Shown: positions 39,987 through 49,181 of the stretch, piece by piece
Position numbering within the stretch: the first letter of the stretch is position 1
Layout of the letters: the number at the start of each line of letters is the position of its first letter
Source: Nitrosopumilales archaeon
GTDB lineage: Archaea > Thermoproteota > Nitrososphaeria > Nitrososphaerales > Nitrososphaeraceae
Direction: 5' to 3'
DNA: 64,000 bases
Assembly: GCA_044507735.1 (NCBI GenBank)
Contig: JBIQJB010000010.1
Location: 1-64,000 of the forward strand
Notes under the pieces: model-generated
What the model saw: the letters and a program-made list of their open reading frames with translations, nothing else
Databases searched by the model: none
Told to the model about the DNA's origin: nothing
Program-made: the position numbers and the translations under genes

Positions 39987-40647
39987 AGACGCAATATATC
40001 ATGCCATGATCCTTATCGAAGGGATCCAGCGTAATTATCTGCTCTATTGAAAAGCCGTTCTTTTCCAGCCGGGCTGCTTCCTGCACTATCACCGCCCGGG
40101 GTTCCATCGTGACGTCAATGCTCCTTGTCTTCACCACGAGGAGCATGACCCCGCCCTGCTTCAGATAAGCAGTGCAATTGGCTATTGCAATGTCCGTCTG
40201 ATCAGGCTGTGCGATGTCGCAATAGACCACGTCAACCTTGCCAAATACTGCAAAATACGAGTTTGGCTTCCTTGCATCTTCAATTATTGGCACAACGTTC
40301 TTTCTCTTTGACGCAACGTTTTCAATAAGCTCCCTTGCGACGCGGGTGGCCGGCTCGACTGCAAACACGATTCCAGATGGTCCGACAATGTCAGAGACGT
40401 GGCTGACGGTCGTGCCAGTGGAAGCACCCAGGTAGAGCACCTTGGTTCCGTTCTTGATGGGCATGTTCTTCATGCCTTTTTTCAGGGCGCCGGCAAGCTT
40501 GCTTCTGAAAGGGTCCCAAAGCCGGTACTCTTCTCCCTCGTACCTGACCAGCTTTTCGCCATAAACATTGTCTCCCTTGACCAGGTTGAGGGTGGCGACG
40601 TTTTTCTCGCCGTTTACCGAAATCCACCTAATAGCGTCGTTTTCCAA
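39976..40647 (-). CDS. flpA: Fibrillarin (box C/D 2'-O-methyltransferase)
   Basis: VYGEK, WDPFRSKLA, VLYLGASTGTTVSHVSD, DIAQPDQ. Confidence 0.96.
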   Translation of the reverse strand: MENDAIRWISVNGEKNVATLNLVKGDNVYGEKLVRYEGEEYRLWDPFRSKLAGALKKGMKNMPIKNGTKVLYLGASTGTTVSHVSDIVGPSGIVFAVEPATRVARELIENVASKRKNVVPIIEDARKPNSYFAVFGKVDVVYCDIAQPDQTDIAIANCTAYLKQGGVMLLVVKTRSIDVTMEPRAVIVQEAARLEKNGFSIEQIITLDPFDKDHGMIYCVFKP

Positions 40648-41950
40648 ACCGCTTCCTTCTGTCCTTCTTCTTCTTTCTCACATCACGTTTATCTCTTCCC
40701 GGGCCGCCACTACCAAACCTCCGGCCTCCTTCGCCCCTCCCAAAACCTTCAGACTGCTGCTGGCGCTGCACGTGCTCCCGGTACTTGCGGTCGCGCTCCT
40801 TTTCTGGAATAGGTTCCTTGTATTTTTCTCGAATTTCGCTGATGCGAGTGTTCAGGCGCTCTTGGATCATGGTATCCTTGCCCTCATGTCGGTAATAGTC
40901 AATCCTCGCAGCAATCGCCACCTTTGAAGCGACTGCCCTAGCGATCTTGCCCCTCTGCCACTTTGGCGCCGAATGAATAAGAGGATGCTGGAATAGAAGG
41001 CCGTGCTTTGGTGGCCTGGCGCCAGTCTTGAGTGCACGGAAGAGCGCCTTTTCTGCTCCAAGCACCTGAATTGTGCTTGCGGGCAGAGTCGCAAGACGTG
41101 TCAGGCTGCCGGCCTTGGCAATAATCCTTGCACCCACTGTTGCAGTCAGCAGCTCCTTGACATTTGGAGCTATCGTTTCCATTGCGACTTCGATGTGGTC
41201 TGCAAGCACCCTCCGCAAATCTGACTGTAGAATAACCTGATCGGCGAGCCTCTTAACAATAGCAAGGTTCTCCGGCGTCATGTCGCCTCCCTTGCTGCGC
41301 CTTGCAGCGTCCATTATCACTTCGGCCTTCTTGTCCTGCACACCCGCACCGTGCAGGATTTCTGCAGTAATGTTCTCACGGAGCCCAGCCCTGCTCACTA
41401 TCTCGGCATACGCCACGAGGCTCTGGAGCAGGTTGTCAAGCTCGGGAAAGTGGAGCCCGTACCACTCACGCATCCTTGCGCCGACAGTGTTGATTATCTT
41501 GTCAAGCTCGTCAAGTGCATTTATTGACTGGATGATGTGGAGATCAAGCCGCTCTGATGCCTCCTTTACCCTTGAGGAAGAAAGACTAATCGCAAATTCG
41601 CGGAGTGCCTGCATGGCTTCCCGCTCGTTTTCGGCAAACCCAGCCCTTACAATGTAATCTGGCTTGGTTCCCTGAATAGACTGCTGTTCCTCCTCTGACA
41701 TTGTCTGGCTGTTCAGCCCCGACTGACGGAGCACTGCCGCGACGCTTGCGTCGCTTGCGCTCACAGAGTCAAAGGATCGCAGCTTTTCAATGAATGGCTT
41801 GATTTCATCGGGAGTAGCCCCGCTCTTTAGCAGCCTGTATGACCTGATCGCATTGTCGAACTTTTTTGATGCCACGAGACTGCCGCCCTGGTCAAACGCG
41901 GCGACGCCCAGCTCCAAGAGCACTACAGAGCAGTGGTGGTTGTTTGCCAT
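40628..41950 (-). CDS. nop5: Nop5/Nop56-58 box C/D RNP subunit
   Basis: REWYGLHFPEL, IAPN, PASTIQVLGAEKALFR, PKHG, RGKIAR; basic tail. Confidence 0.95.
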   Translation of the reverse strand: MANNHHCSVVLLELGVAAFDQGGSLVASKKFDNAIRSYRLLKSGATPDEIKPFIEKLRSFDSVSASDASVAAVLRQSGLNSQTMSEEEQQSIQGTKPDYIVRAGFAENEREAMQALREFAISLSSSRVKEASERLDLHIIQSINALDELDKIINTVGARMREWYGLHFPELDNLLQSLVAYAEIVSRAGLRENITAEILHGAGVQDKKAEVIMDAARRSKGGDMTPENLAIVKRLADQVILQSDLRRVLADHIEVAMETIAPNVKELLTATVGARIIAKAGSLTRLATLPASTIQVLGAEKALFRALKTGARPPKHGLLFQHPLIHSAPKWQRGKIARAVASKVAIAARIDYYRHEGKDTMIQERLNTRISEIREKYKEPIPEKERDRKYREHVQRQQQSEGFGRGEGGRRFGSGGPGRDKRDVRKKKKDRRKRFGKRRY

Positions 41951-42417
41951 TCGCAGAGTCTAACCATAGAGCCATTAAAAAAGCTAGGGTTCTGTCTGGT
42001 CTCCAGCGATATTGCACAGAGTCGATAATTATTCACGATATCATGTTTGTCAGTTTGTCCATAAGATAACTTGCTTAACGTTTTCTTCGAAGAAATATCA
42101 TTTGTCAGGCCAATCATGATACAATGGTTGTTGGCTATCCTGCAGAAGTTTCCCCTCCCCCATCATTTTCAACAATTCAAGAGTCTGGGGGGGAGGGGAG
42201 AAAAAATGGTGCTGTTTGAATGACTTGGCAGCAGTTGGCAGCTACAGGTCATCGCGATCTTGTATGGCTACAGAAATAATGGGGCACCAAGGAGAGAAGG
42301 AGTCGCATTCTAGCACAACAAGATCGTATCGAGATTTCAATTGATTGCTTGATTCACCAGACATCAAGGGACAGACCGTGTAAAAAGCTAGCATTATTAC
42401 CTCTTGGTTAATACCAT

Positions 42418-42720
42418 ATGCGGCATATGGGGCTTGAAGCCGGTGACAGGAAGGAGCTGGAATCACTTATCAAGGCAGCTGCTCAGGACCCGACTGTGCC
42501 CATAGGGCTTGCGCGCAAGATGGTTCCAACTCAGGGCAATATTGAGGACTTTGCTTACGGACTTGTCTCTGGCATGGTGATGGGCAACTTTATCGCGCAG
42601 TTCCAGACCAGAAATGGCAGGCAGCCTGATAGGGATGAAACCGCCGACATCCTCTCCATAATGATGAGCAAGATGCCGCGCCTCCGCAAGTCGATAATGA
42701 AGCAGTTTGAGCTGCGCTAG
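42418..42720 (+). CDS. Conserved hypothetical protein
   Basis: Clean ORF with DFAYGLVSG motif. Confidence 0.7.
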   Translation: MRHMGLEAGDRKELESLIKAAAQDPTVPIGLARKMVPTQGNIEDFAYGLVSGMVMGNFIAQFQTRNGRQPDRDETADILSIMMSKMPRLRKSIMKQFELR

Positions 42721-42768
42721 GCAGAGGTGTAAAGGTTTATCTAACGAACTGCATGATTATTTTCTGGT

Positions 42769-43356
42769 TTGCTTGATAAGGACAGCAAGTCCAAGCTGCC
42801 TGTCGCCATCAAAGATATCTTGATCATTGGCATCGGCGTGCTCGTTGTATGGCTTGTGATATGGGTCAGCTTTGGTTCAAACCCGTTCTATGTGGTTTCT
42901 AGCGGCAGCATGGAGCCTACTCTAATGGTGAACGATGTCCTGGTCGTCAGGGATGGCGGGTCGTGGGAAGACTTGAAGGTGGGGGACATTATTGTCTTCA
43001 ACAGACCCGAAGGAGAGGACAGGGTCATTGTCCACCGTATTGTAGACATTGATATAGATTCTGACGGCGACCGCGTAATCAGGACAAAGGGCGACAACAA
43101 CCCTGCCTCCATACCGGGGACAGACTATCCGATCAGGGAAGACAACTATATCGGAAGAGTAGTCTATGTGGTGCCCGGCATTGGCGTCGTGACCAAGATA
43201 ATTAGCCCGCCTGTCAATTATATCATAATCGCAATAATTCTGGCAATACTGTTTTTCAACAGGCTTGGCAAGAAGGACACCAAAGGTTCCCCGGCAACTG
43301 ACAATAGCAGCAACAACACCGCCAGCAGCAGTGGCGGCGGACAGCCTCCGACATGA
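42769..43356 (+). CDS. Signal peptidase I (Sec11/SPC21 type)
   Basis: [29 protein letters not shown], second TM. Confidence 0.93.
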   Translation: MLDKDSKSKLPVAIKDILIIGIGVLVVWLVIWVSFGSNPFYVVSSGSMEPTLMVNDVLVVRDGGSWEDLKVGDIIVFNRPEGEDRVIVHRIVDIDIDSDGDRVIRTKGDNNPASIPGTDYPIREDNYIGRVVYVVPGIGVVTKIISPPVNYIIIAIILAILFFNRLGKKDTKGSPATDNSSNNTASSSGGGQPPT

Positions 43357-43769
43357 AGTCAAGGACTGCCTACCTTACTTTTAATACTCCAACAAGGCGG
43401 GCATTTATCAACATCACACCGCAGGTGGCACAAATAGTTGCTGAAAGTGGAGTGAAGGAGGGGTTGTGCCTAGTCAACGCGATGCACATTTCTGCGAGCG
43501 TTTTCATAAACGATGACGAGTCTGGCCTGCACCAGGATTTTGAAAAGTGGCTTGAAAAGCTGGCGCCTTACTCGCCTGAGAGCTACCTGCACAACAGGAC
43601 GGGCGAGGATAATGCCGATGCCCACCTAAAGCGGCAGGTAATGGGCAGAGAAGTGGTCGTTGCGATAACCAACGGCAAGCTCGATTTTGGTCCTTGGGAG
43701 CAGATTTTCTATGGCGAATTTGATGGCAAGAGGCAAAAGCGCGTGCTTGTCAAGGTAATAGGCGAGTAG
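43353..43769 (+). CDS. YjbQ/UPF0047 family protein
   Basis: [33 protein letters not shown]. Confidence 0.92.
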   Translation: MKSRTAYLTFNTPTRRAFINITPQVAQIVAESGVKEGLCLVNAMHISASVFINDDESGLHQDFEKWLEKLAPYSPESYLHNRTGEDNADAHLKRQVMGREVVVAITNGKLDFGPWEQIFYGEFDGKRQKRVLVKVIGE

Positions 43770-43899
43770 GAAAAAAGGATGATTGCGACAAATTCGCACG
43801 TCTGGCCCAATTTACACAAGGTTTCAGCAGACCCGGTTGATTCTACTATAATAGGGTAGCAAGCAGGTATATATATAGCGCCTTTATAAAGCGGCATGT

Positions 43900-44463
43900 A
43901 TGCCACAGACCAAGCCCATCGTCAGCATTGAAAACGTAGTGGCGTCTGCTACGGTAAACCAGACTGTTAACCTTAACCTCATTACCCAGATTTTTCCCGA
44001 TGTAGAGTACCATCCAGACCAGTTTCCAGGGTTGGTATTCAGGCTCAGATCGCCCAAGACGGCCACTCTGATCTTCAGCTCGGGCAAAATGGTCTGTACT
44101 GGCGCAAAGTCTGAGAAGATGGCGATCCAGGCTGTCAAGAATGTCGTTCTAAAATTGAAGAAGGGCGGTATACCGCTAGAACACGAGCCGCAGATCGAGA
44201 TCCAAAATATTGTAGCGTCTGCAAGCCTTGGAGGCAAGATCCATCTGGAACTTGCAGCAAGGGTCTTGCCGCGCAGCATGTACGAGCCAGAGCAGTTCCC
44301 CGGCCTCATACACAGGATGCTGGATCCAAAGACCGTGATCCTGCTCTTTGCTAGCGGCAAGCTTGTGTGCACCGGTGCAAAGAAGGAAACCGAGGTTTAC
44401 CGCGCGGTAGGCAACCTGCACACACTGCTTGAAGAGAAGAACCTAATGATTTACGAGGGATAG
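43900..44463 (+). CDS. tbp: TATA-box binding protein
   Basis: Two repeats of I.N(V/I)VAS...Y.P.QFPGL..R...PK...L.F.SGK.VCTGAK. Confidence 0.97.
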   Translation: MPQTKPIVSIENVVASATVNQTVNLNLITQIFPDVEYHPDQFPGLVFRLRSPKTATLIFSSGKMVCTGAKSEKMAIQAVKNVVLKLKKGGIPLEHEPQIEIQNIVASASLGGKIHLELAARVLPRSMYEPEQFPGLIHRMLDPKTVILLFASGKLVCTGAKKETEVYRAVGNLHTLLEEKNLMIYEG

Positions 44464-44470
44464 ATTACCC

Positions 44471-44515
44471 GTGAAAAAGTTCTGGGGCCTGGCCTTTGTT
44501 TCCCAGACCCTTCAC
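44471..44515. terminator. Interrupted stem-loop between convergent tbp and pyrE
   Basis: GTGAA/TTCAC outer arms and TCTGGG/CCCAGA inner arms. Confidence 0.3.
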
Positions 44516-44531
44516 ATATGCTGACCTGCCA

Positions 44532-45161
44532 CTAGCCCGTCTCGTACTCGCCTATCGAAGTCATTTGCTTCATGACGGACCCTAGTGTGTTTTCGTCGAT
44601 CAGTGCAGCCTTGTGAAGCTCATTCACGATCTGGTCTATGCCGGCTACCGTGTGCAATTTTACACCCATGTCTCTCAGCCGATCTTGGCCGCCTTCATGC
44701 CTGTCAACCAGTGCGACAGCGTTTTCGACAATGCCGCCGTTTGCGCGGATTGTTTCAACAGCCTTGCTGACAGATGTGCCTGTAGTTGCAACGTCGTCCA
44801 CAACGAGTACTCTTGATCCCGGCTTTAGGTACCCCTCAACTGCCTTGCCGGTACCATAGCCCTTTGACTCTTTTCTGGCATAGATAAACGGCTTGCTCAT
44901 TTCATAGGCAAGCGCAGAGCCAAAGACCAGTCCCGAAGTTGGCACCGAGGCAATGGTGTCAAACTCGCCTACCTGTGCTACTACAGTGTCCCTTATCGCA
45001 CCTATTGCCAGCTTGAAATGCGATGGAAAGCTGGGAAGGACGCGCAGATCTATATAATATGAACTCTGCTTGCCGCTTGCAAGCGTAAACACGCCGAAAC
45101 GGAGAGAGTTGCTCTTTAGCAAAAATGATGCAAATTCGCGGATGAAGACTTCGTTCAACAC
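44532..45161 (-). CDS. pyrE: Orotate phosphoribosyltransferase
   Basis: FG.FTLASGKQSSYYIDLR, RKE.KGYG, VDDVATTGTS, LVDR. Confidence 0.95.
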   Translation of the reverse strand: MLNEVFIREFASFLLKSNSLRFGVFTLASGKQSSYYIDLRVLPSFPSHFKLAIGAIRDTVVAQVGEFDTIASVPTSGLVFGSALAYEMSKPFIYARKESKGYGTGKAVEGYLKPGSRVLVVDDVATTGTSVSKAVETIRANGGIVENAVALVDRHEGGQDRLRDMGVKLHTVAGIDQIVNELHKAALIDENTLGSVMKQMTSIGEYETG

Positions 45162-45208
45162 AACATATGTAAAAAAGGATTTATTTTAACCCTTCATGAG
45201 AAGATTCG

Positions 45209-46348
45209 ATGCCAGAGATTTGGCTCAGGTACGGAAGCACCGACGTGGTGCTCGATATCAGGTTTGAAAATCTGGCCAACCAGATCTCGGCCACTTTTCC
45301 TGAAATGCCGGAGGACCAAGTCTCAGCCGCGCTCTCCGGCGTGCCCATCACTGACGACAACATCTTGATGGTTGCACTGTCAGGATCAAAAGCAGCGGCC
45401 AAAATTATCACAATGCTTGCAGAGCAGGCCCGGGCAAAGGGCTTTAATTTCACAGTCGACGTGCCGAATAGATATGCAGGCACCCTGAGGGCAAACCTTT
45501 CAGGCAACGAAACAGTTCCCATAAACCGCATTGACTACCAGCAGTCGCTTAGAGAGAGAATGAGCAAGTTCCAAAAGACCATCATTATTTCAACAGTATC
45601 ATACGACCCTCTCTTTGGGTTTGCAGGAGCGCCCACGATCCTGTTGCGAAACCTGCTTGACGACAACAAGAACAAGATGGCAGAAGCATTTGCCGCAAGA
45701 AAAGACAACAAGCCAGCCCCGGGTGTACAGGGCGATCCGCTCAAGATCGCCAGATCGGCAGTTGAAGGGATTTCGGCAGCGGCAACGTCTATCGAACTTG
45801 TTGCTGGCGGCGGAGGGATCGCCGGCGTGCACGTTGGAAGCATCAATGAGGCGTTTGACAGGGCCGTTTCCCAGCTCCAGTCGATCTCAGTCACGGAAAC
45901 CGACCCGGTCAAATGCGCGATAGTGAGCGCAAGCAGTGAACCGGGCACGCACTTGACGCTTGCAACCTCGCTCAACTCGCTCTGGAACACGGTCCACATA
46001 GTGAAGGAAGGAGGATCTGCCATACTGGTTGCGGAAAACCGAGAGGGTGTAGGTGGAGGGGCGCTCCAGATGTTCATCGAAGGCCGGCTCAAACCAGAAC
46101 AGTTGCATCTGAGCCCCTACATAGAAGGGCTTGAGCACCTGCTCTTCATGGAGGAGATGACGCGGCATGGGATAGAGCTTGGACTCGTCTCCACGCTGCC
46201 GTACTATTACGCCCGGACGAAGCTTGGATTTTCCACCTATTCCAGCATGAAAGACGTACTCGACAAGCTTTCTGCAAAGCAGGGAAAAAATTTCAGGGCG
46301 CTGGTAATGTCAGACGCGGATGTCGTCATGCTCAACCCCAAGGCGTAA
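45209..46348 (+). CDS. Divergent LarA (lactate racemase)-fold-like protein
   Basis: MPEIWLRYG N-terminus; ...VKEGGSAILVAE...G.GG matches the LarA C-terminal region. Confidence 0.55.
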   Translation: MPEIWLRYGSTDVVLDIRFENLANQISATFPEMPEDQVSAALSGVPITDDNILMVALSGSKAAAKIITMLAEQARAKGFNFTVDVPNRYAGTLRANLSGNETVPINRIDYQQSLRERMSKFQKTIIISTVSYDPLFGFAGAPTILLRNLLDDNKNKMAEAFAARKDNKPAPGVQGDPLKIARSAVEGISAAATSIELVAGGGGIAGVHVGSINEAFDRAVSQLQSISVTETDPVKCAIVSASSEPGTHLTLATSLNSLWNTVHIVKEGGSAILVAENREGVGGGALQMFIEGRLKPEQLHLSPYIEGLEHLLFMEEMTRHGIELGLVSTLPYYYARTKLGFSTYSSMKDVLDKLSAKQGKNFRALVMSDADVVMLNPKA

Positions 46349-47507
46349 GCGTTCTCGGTATTGGCGCGCAGACAATGGCAATCGCTAGAGCCGCAAAGAA
46401 CAATGCCTTGCGCTTTGCTGATAGAGGAGTAACGTCGTCAAGTGGTGCGTTTTCTGGAGCTCGGATACTGAAAATCAGCACCATGATTGCCATCGGATAT
46501 AATCCCAGGACAAGCATTATTGCGACGCTGGCATACGTGAGGATCCTGTGCCATCGCACTCCCAATGCAGATCGTGCCAAATGCCCACCGTCAAGCTGCC
46601 ATGCAGGCAGCAGATTCAGAAAGGTGAGCATAAAGCCAAGCCATGCCGCAAAGAGCACAGGTGACGCTACAAGCACCATGCCGTCCACTGCCATGCCTGT
46701 CAGGTGTATCGTAGCCATCATCAGCAAGCTCTCGCCGAATGGTAGTGGCGCCAGGTCTTCAATTCTCTCTGCTTGTTCGAAAGTGATCAACGTGGATATC
46801 GCAGAACCATATATTGAAACAATGATTGTGACTATCAGGCCGGCTATGGGACCTGCGATCCCCACGTCGAACATGACGTTCCGGCTTGTCATGTTATTCC
46901 TGAGCACAATTAGCGCTCCAAACGTTGGAAGCCCCCATGGGAAACCAGGGATGAAGTAAGGCCACGACGCCTTGATGCCATATTTCCTGTTTGCCAGTAT
47001 GTGCCCCAGCTCGTGTATGCCAAGAATGCCCATCAGGGATACTGTATAGATGGTGGCCATCAGGATGGTATCCTGCACCTGTGTTGTGACGAGCGGAGAG
47101 TCGGATCTGAATACCCCGTTGACAAAGACCATTGCGACTGTTGCGACAAAGAACAGTGCGGGCAGTGACTGACGGAACTTGCTCGCTGGTTTTTGCCTTG
47201 GCATCTTTGCCACGGTAAGTACGATCCCGTTGTCAACCGAGAACCTCATTGTTGAAAGAGTCGGCATTAGACGAGAAATGTATCTTGACTTCTTGGCGGC
47301 TGCGACCATGCCCACCTTGTCAAGTTCTCTCAGCATGAGCGGGAACTTGTCCTTGACCTCCGATTCGGCTATCAAGAATTCAACACTGTCCTCCTGGGCG
47401 TTTCGCTGAAAGTCCTTTACCGTAAAGAATGAAGAAACTATAGGCAGAACCCGCGAATAGTCACCATTGAGGAAAGTAGTGGCCACCAGATACTTCTTCG
47501 ACGCCAA
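46332..47507 (-). CDS. Site-2 protease (M50)
   Basis: HELGH, PYFIP, GIAGPIAG, NLLPAWQLDGGH. Confidence 0.93.
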   Translation of the reverse strand: MASKKYLVATTFLNGDYSRVLPIVSSFFTVKDFQRNAQEDSVEFLIAESEVKDKFPLMLRELDKVGMVAAAKKSRYISRLMPTLSTMRFSVDNGIVLTVAKMPRQKPASKFRQSLPALFFVATVAMVFVNGVFRSDSPLVTTQVQDTILMATIYTVSLMGILGIHELGHILANRKYGIKASWPYFIPGFPWGLPTFGALIVLRNNMTSRNVMFDVGIAGPIAGLIVTIIVSIYGSAISTLITFEQAERIEDLAPLPFGESLLMMATIHLTGMAVDGMVLVASPVLFAAWLGFMLTFLNLLPAWQLDGGHLARSALGVRWHRILTYASVAIMLVLGLYPMAIMVLIFSIRAPENAPLDDVTPLSAKRKALFFAALAIAIVCAPIPRTLTPWG

Positions 47508-47583
47508 TCCAATTAAAATATTCGCCCAAAGAGACCAGTGAGGTGTAAGGTTAAATAGTGAGCCTCCGTCATTAGCTGCAGCA

Positions 47584-48081
47584 TTGCAAACTGCTCTGCG
47601 AAAAGTAGGCGACTATATCATACGCCGATGCGACGAAAGCGACATTGCATCCGTAATCGACATCAACATGGCCGCGTTGCCAGAGCACTACTCGGACTAT
47701 TTCTTTGAGTCAATCTTGCGCGAGCTCCCCGAAGCCTTCATTGTCGCAGAGCTGAACGGCAAAATAGTCGGCTACATCATGTGCAAGATCGAATTTGGAT
47801 TCTCTAACTTTCGCAAGCTTGGCTTTGTCAAGAAGGGACACGTCGTTTCTGTAGCCGTGCTGGAAGACCACAGGGGCAAGGGTCTAGGCAAAGCTCTCAT
47901 GCTAGAAGGCATCAATGGCGTGATGCAAAGAAGGAGCGACGAAATTTACCTTGAGGTAAGAGTCAGCAACACAGGCGCAATCAAGCTCTATGAAAAGTTG
48001 AACTTTGAGATAAAATCCAGGCTGCGCTCTTACTACAGAGACGGTGAAGACGCCTACCTCATGGCACTAGAGCTGGTCTAA
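47584..48081 (+). CDS. N-terminal acetyltransferase (Ard1/RimI)
   Basis: LPEHY, GHVVSVAV...RGKGLG, LEVRVSN..AI.LY, YYRDGEDA. Confidence 0.92.
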   Translation: MQTALRKVGDYIIRRCDESDIASVIDINMAALPEHYSDYFFESILRELPEAFIVAELNGKIVGYIMCKIEFGFSNFRKLGFVKKGHVVSVAVLEDHRGKGLGKALMLEGINGVMQRRSDEIYLEVRVSNTGAIKLYEKLNFEIKSRLRSYYRDGEDAYLMALELV

Positions 48082-48116
48082 AAAGATTATTAAGATGCTT
48101 TGGTCGCCTTTCCGCT

Positions 48117-48341
48117 ATGAACGTTAAAAGAAGGGGCGGTAGGGGAACCGGTGCTGCCCTTCTGGTTGTGTCAATTCTAGCGTTCATCGCATACGCTTAT
48201 GCTCTTCTTGGCACGGCATGGGGAATGCTCGTGCTGCAGCTTACCGTCCTGGGCGCAGTGGCTGTGCTACTGACAGTTCTTGGATGGATCGGCTACACGA
48301 TGCTTACGGCGCCTAGAGAAGAAGAGAAGTCTAGGGCTTGA
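48117..48341 (+). CDS. Small two-TM membrane protein
   Basis: Two TM helices ending WIGYTM; TATA-like ATTATTAA upstream. Confidence 0.7.
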   Translation: MNVKRRGGRGTGAALLVVSILAFIAYAYALLGTAWGMLVLQLTVLGAVAVLLTVLGWIGYTMLTAPREEEKSRA

Positions 48342-49179
48342 CTACCAAGACGTCAGCAACGATTTGGTAGATCCTCGGTCCAACTTCCCGGACCACCCGT
48401 ACAGCCTGCACTTGGTGGTCATATTTTGCAAAGGCGTCATGCGCATCGCTCGGCCCCATCTCTAGCCCTGCCTTCTTCTTGTCGTCTGCCTTGACATGGG
48501 CAAAGTAGTGCACAATGCCCCTCTCCTTCAGAGCAAGTACCGCCGGATCGACGAACTCTTTGGCCCTCTCCGGAAGAGGCATCAGAACCCTGTCAGCATG
48601 CCCGGCAAGCTTTTCCTGTATTACTGCAGCCGCGTCGCCGCATATAGTAATTATCCGGTCTTGGACCTTGTTCAGTTTTGCATTTATCTTGTCAAGCTCG
48701 CTTGCAGCTGCGTTAGAATCGATGCTGTATACCTTGCAGGTCCTGTTTGTCTTCGCAATGATTACTGAATAGGTTCCGACGCCTGCAAACATGTTGACTA
48801 TGGTTTCGTTGTCGCCAACCATCTCGGCGACTCTCTTTCTCTCTGTCGAGAGGCGCGGTGAAAAGTACGTCTTGGCCACATCCACCTTGAACCTGCAGCC
48901 ATGTTCCCTGTACTCGGTCACCGTTCTATTTTCGCCCGCCACGAATTCTAGATCGCGAATCCTATAGTCACCTTTTACAGCCGACACCTGTGCAAACACC
49001 GCCTTGGCTGTCTTGATGTTAGCCAGTATCGCTTCTGCTATCAGTTTTTTTCTCGGCATCAGCTCGTCAGGTATCTTGATTATCACGATATCGCCTATCT
49101 GGTCAAAGGCGGAATAGACTTGCGCGGTTTCCTCTGGGGAAAGAATGCTGCCAAGTACCTGTTTTAGCATGTGTGGCAT
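48331..49179 (-). CDS. Trm5/Taw2-family tRNA methyltransferase
   Basis: FDQIGDI, YREHGC.F.VD....YFSPRL..ER, NMFAGVG, DRVLMPLP. Confidence 0.9.
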   Translation of the reverse strand: MPHMLKQVLGSILSPEETAQVYSAFDQIGDIVIIKIPDELMPRKKLIAEAILANIKTAKAVFAQVSAVKGDYRIRDLEFVAGENRTVTEYREHGCRFKVDVAKTYFSPRLSTERKRVAEMVGDNETIVNMFAGVGTYSVIIAKTNRTCKVYSIDSNAAASELDKINAKLNKVQDRIITICGDAAAVIQEKLAGHADRVLMPLPERAKEFVDPAVLALKERGIVHYFAHVKADDKKKAGLEMGPSDAHDAFAKYDHQVQAVRVVREVGPRIYQIVADVLVVKP

Positions 49180-49181
49180 TA

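Noticed and set aside
44471-44520. H/ACA guide RNA between tbp and pyrE
   Set aside because: A hairpin with a nearby ACA is present, but no K-turn/K-loop motif is visible, so it is kept only as a possible terminator.
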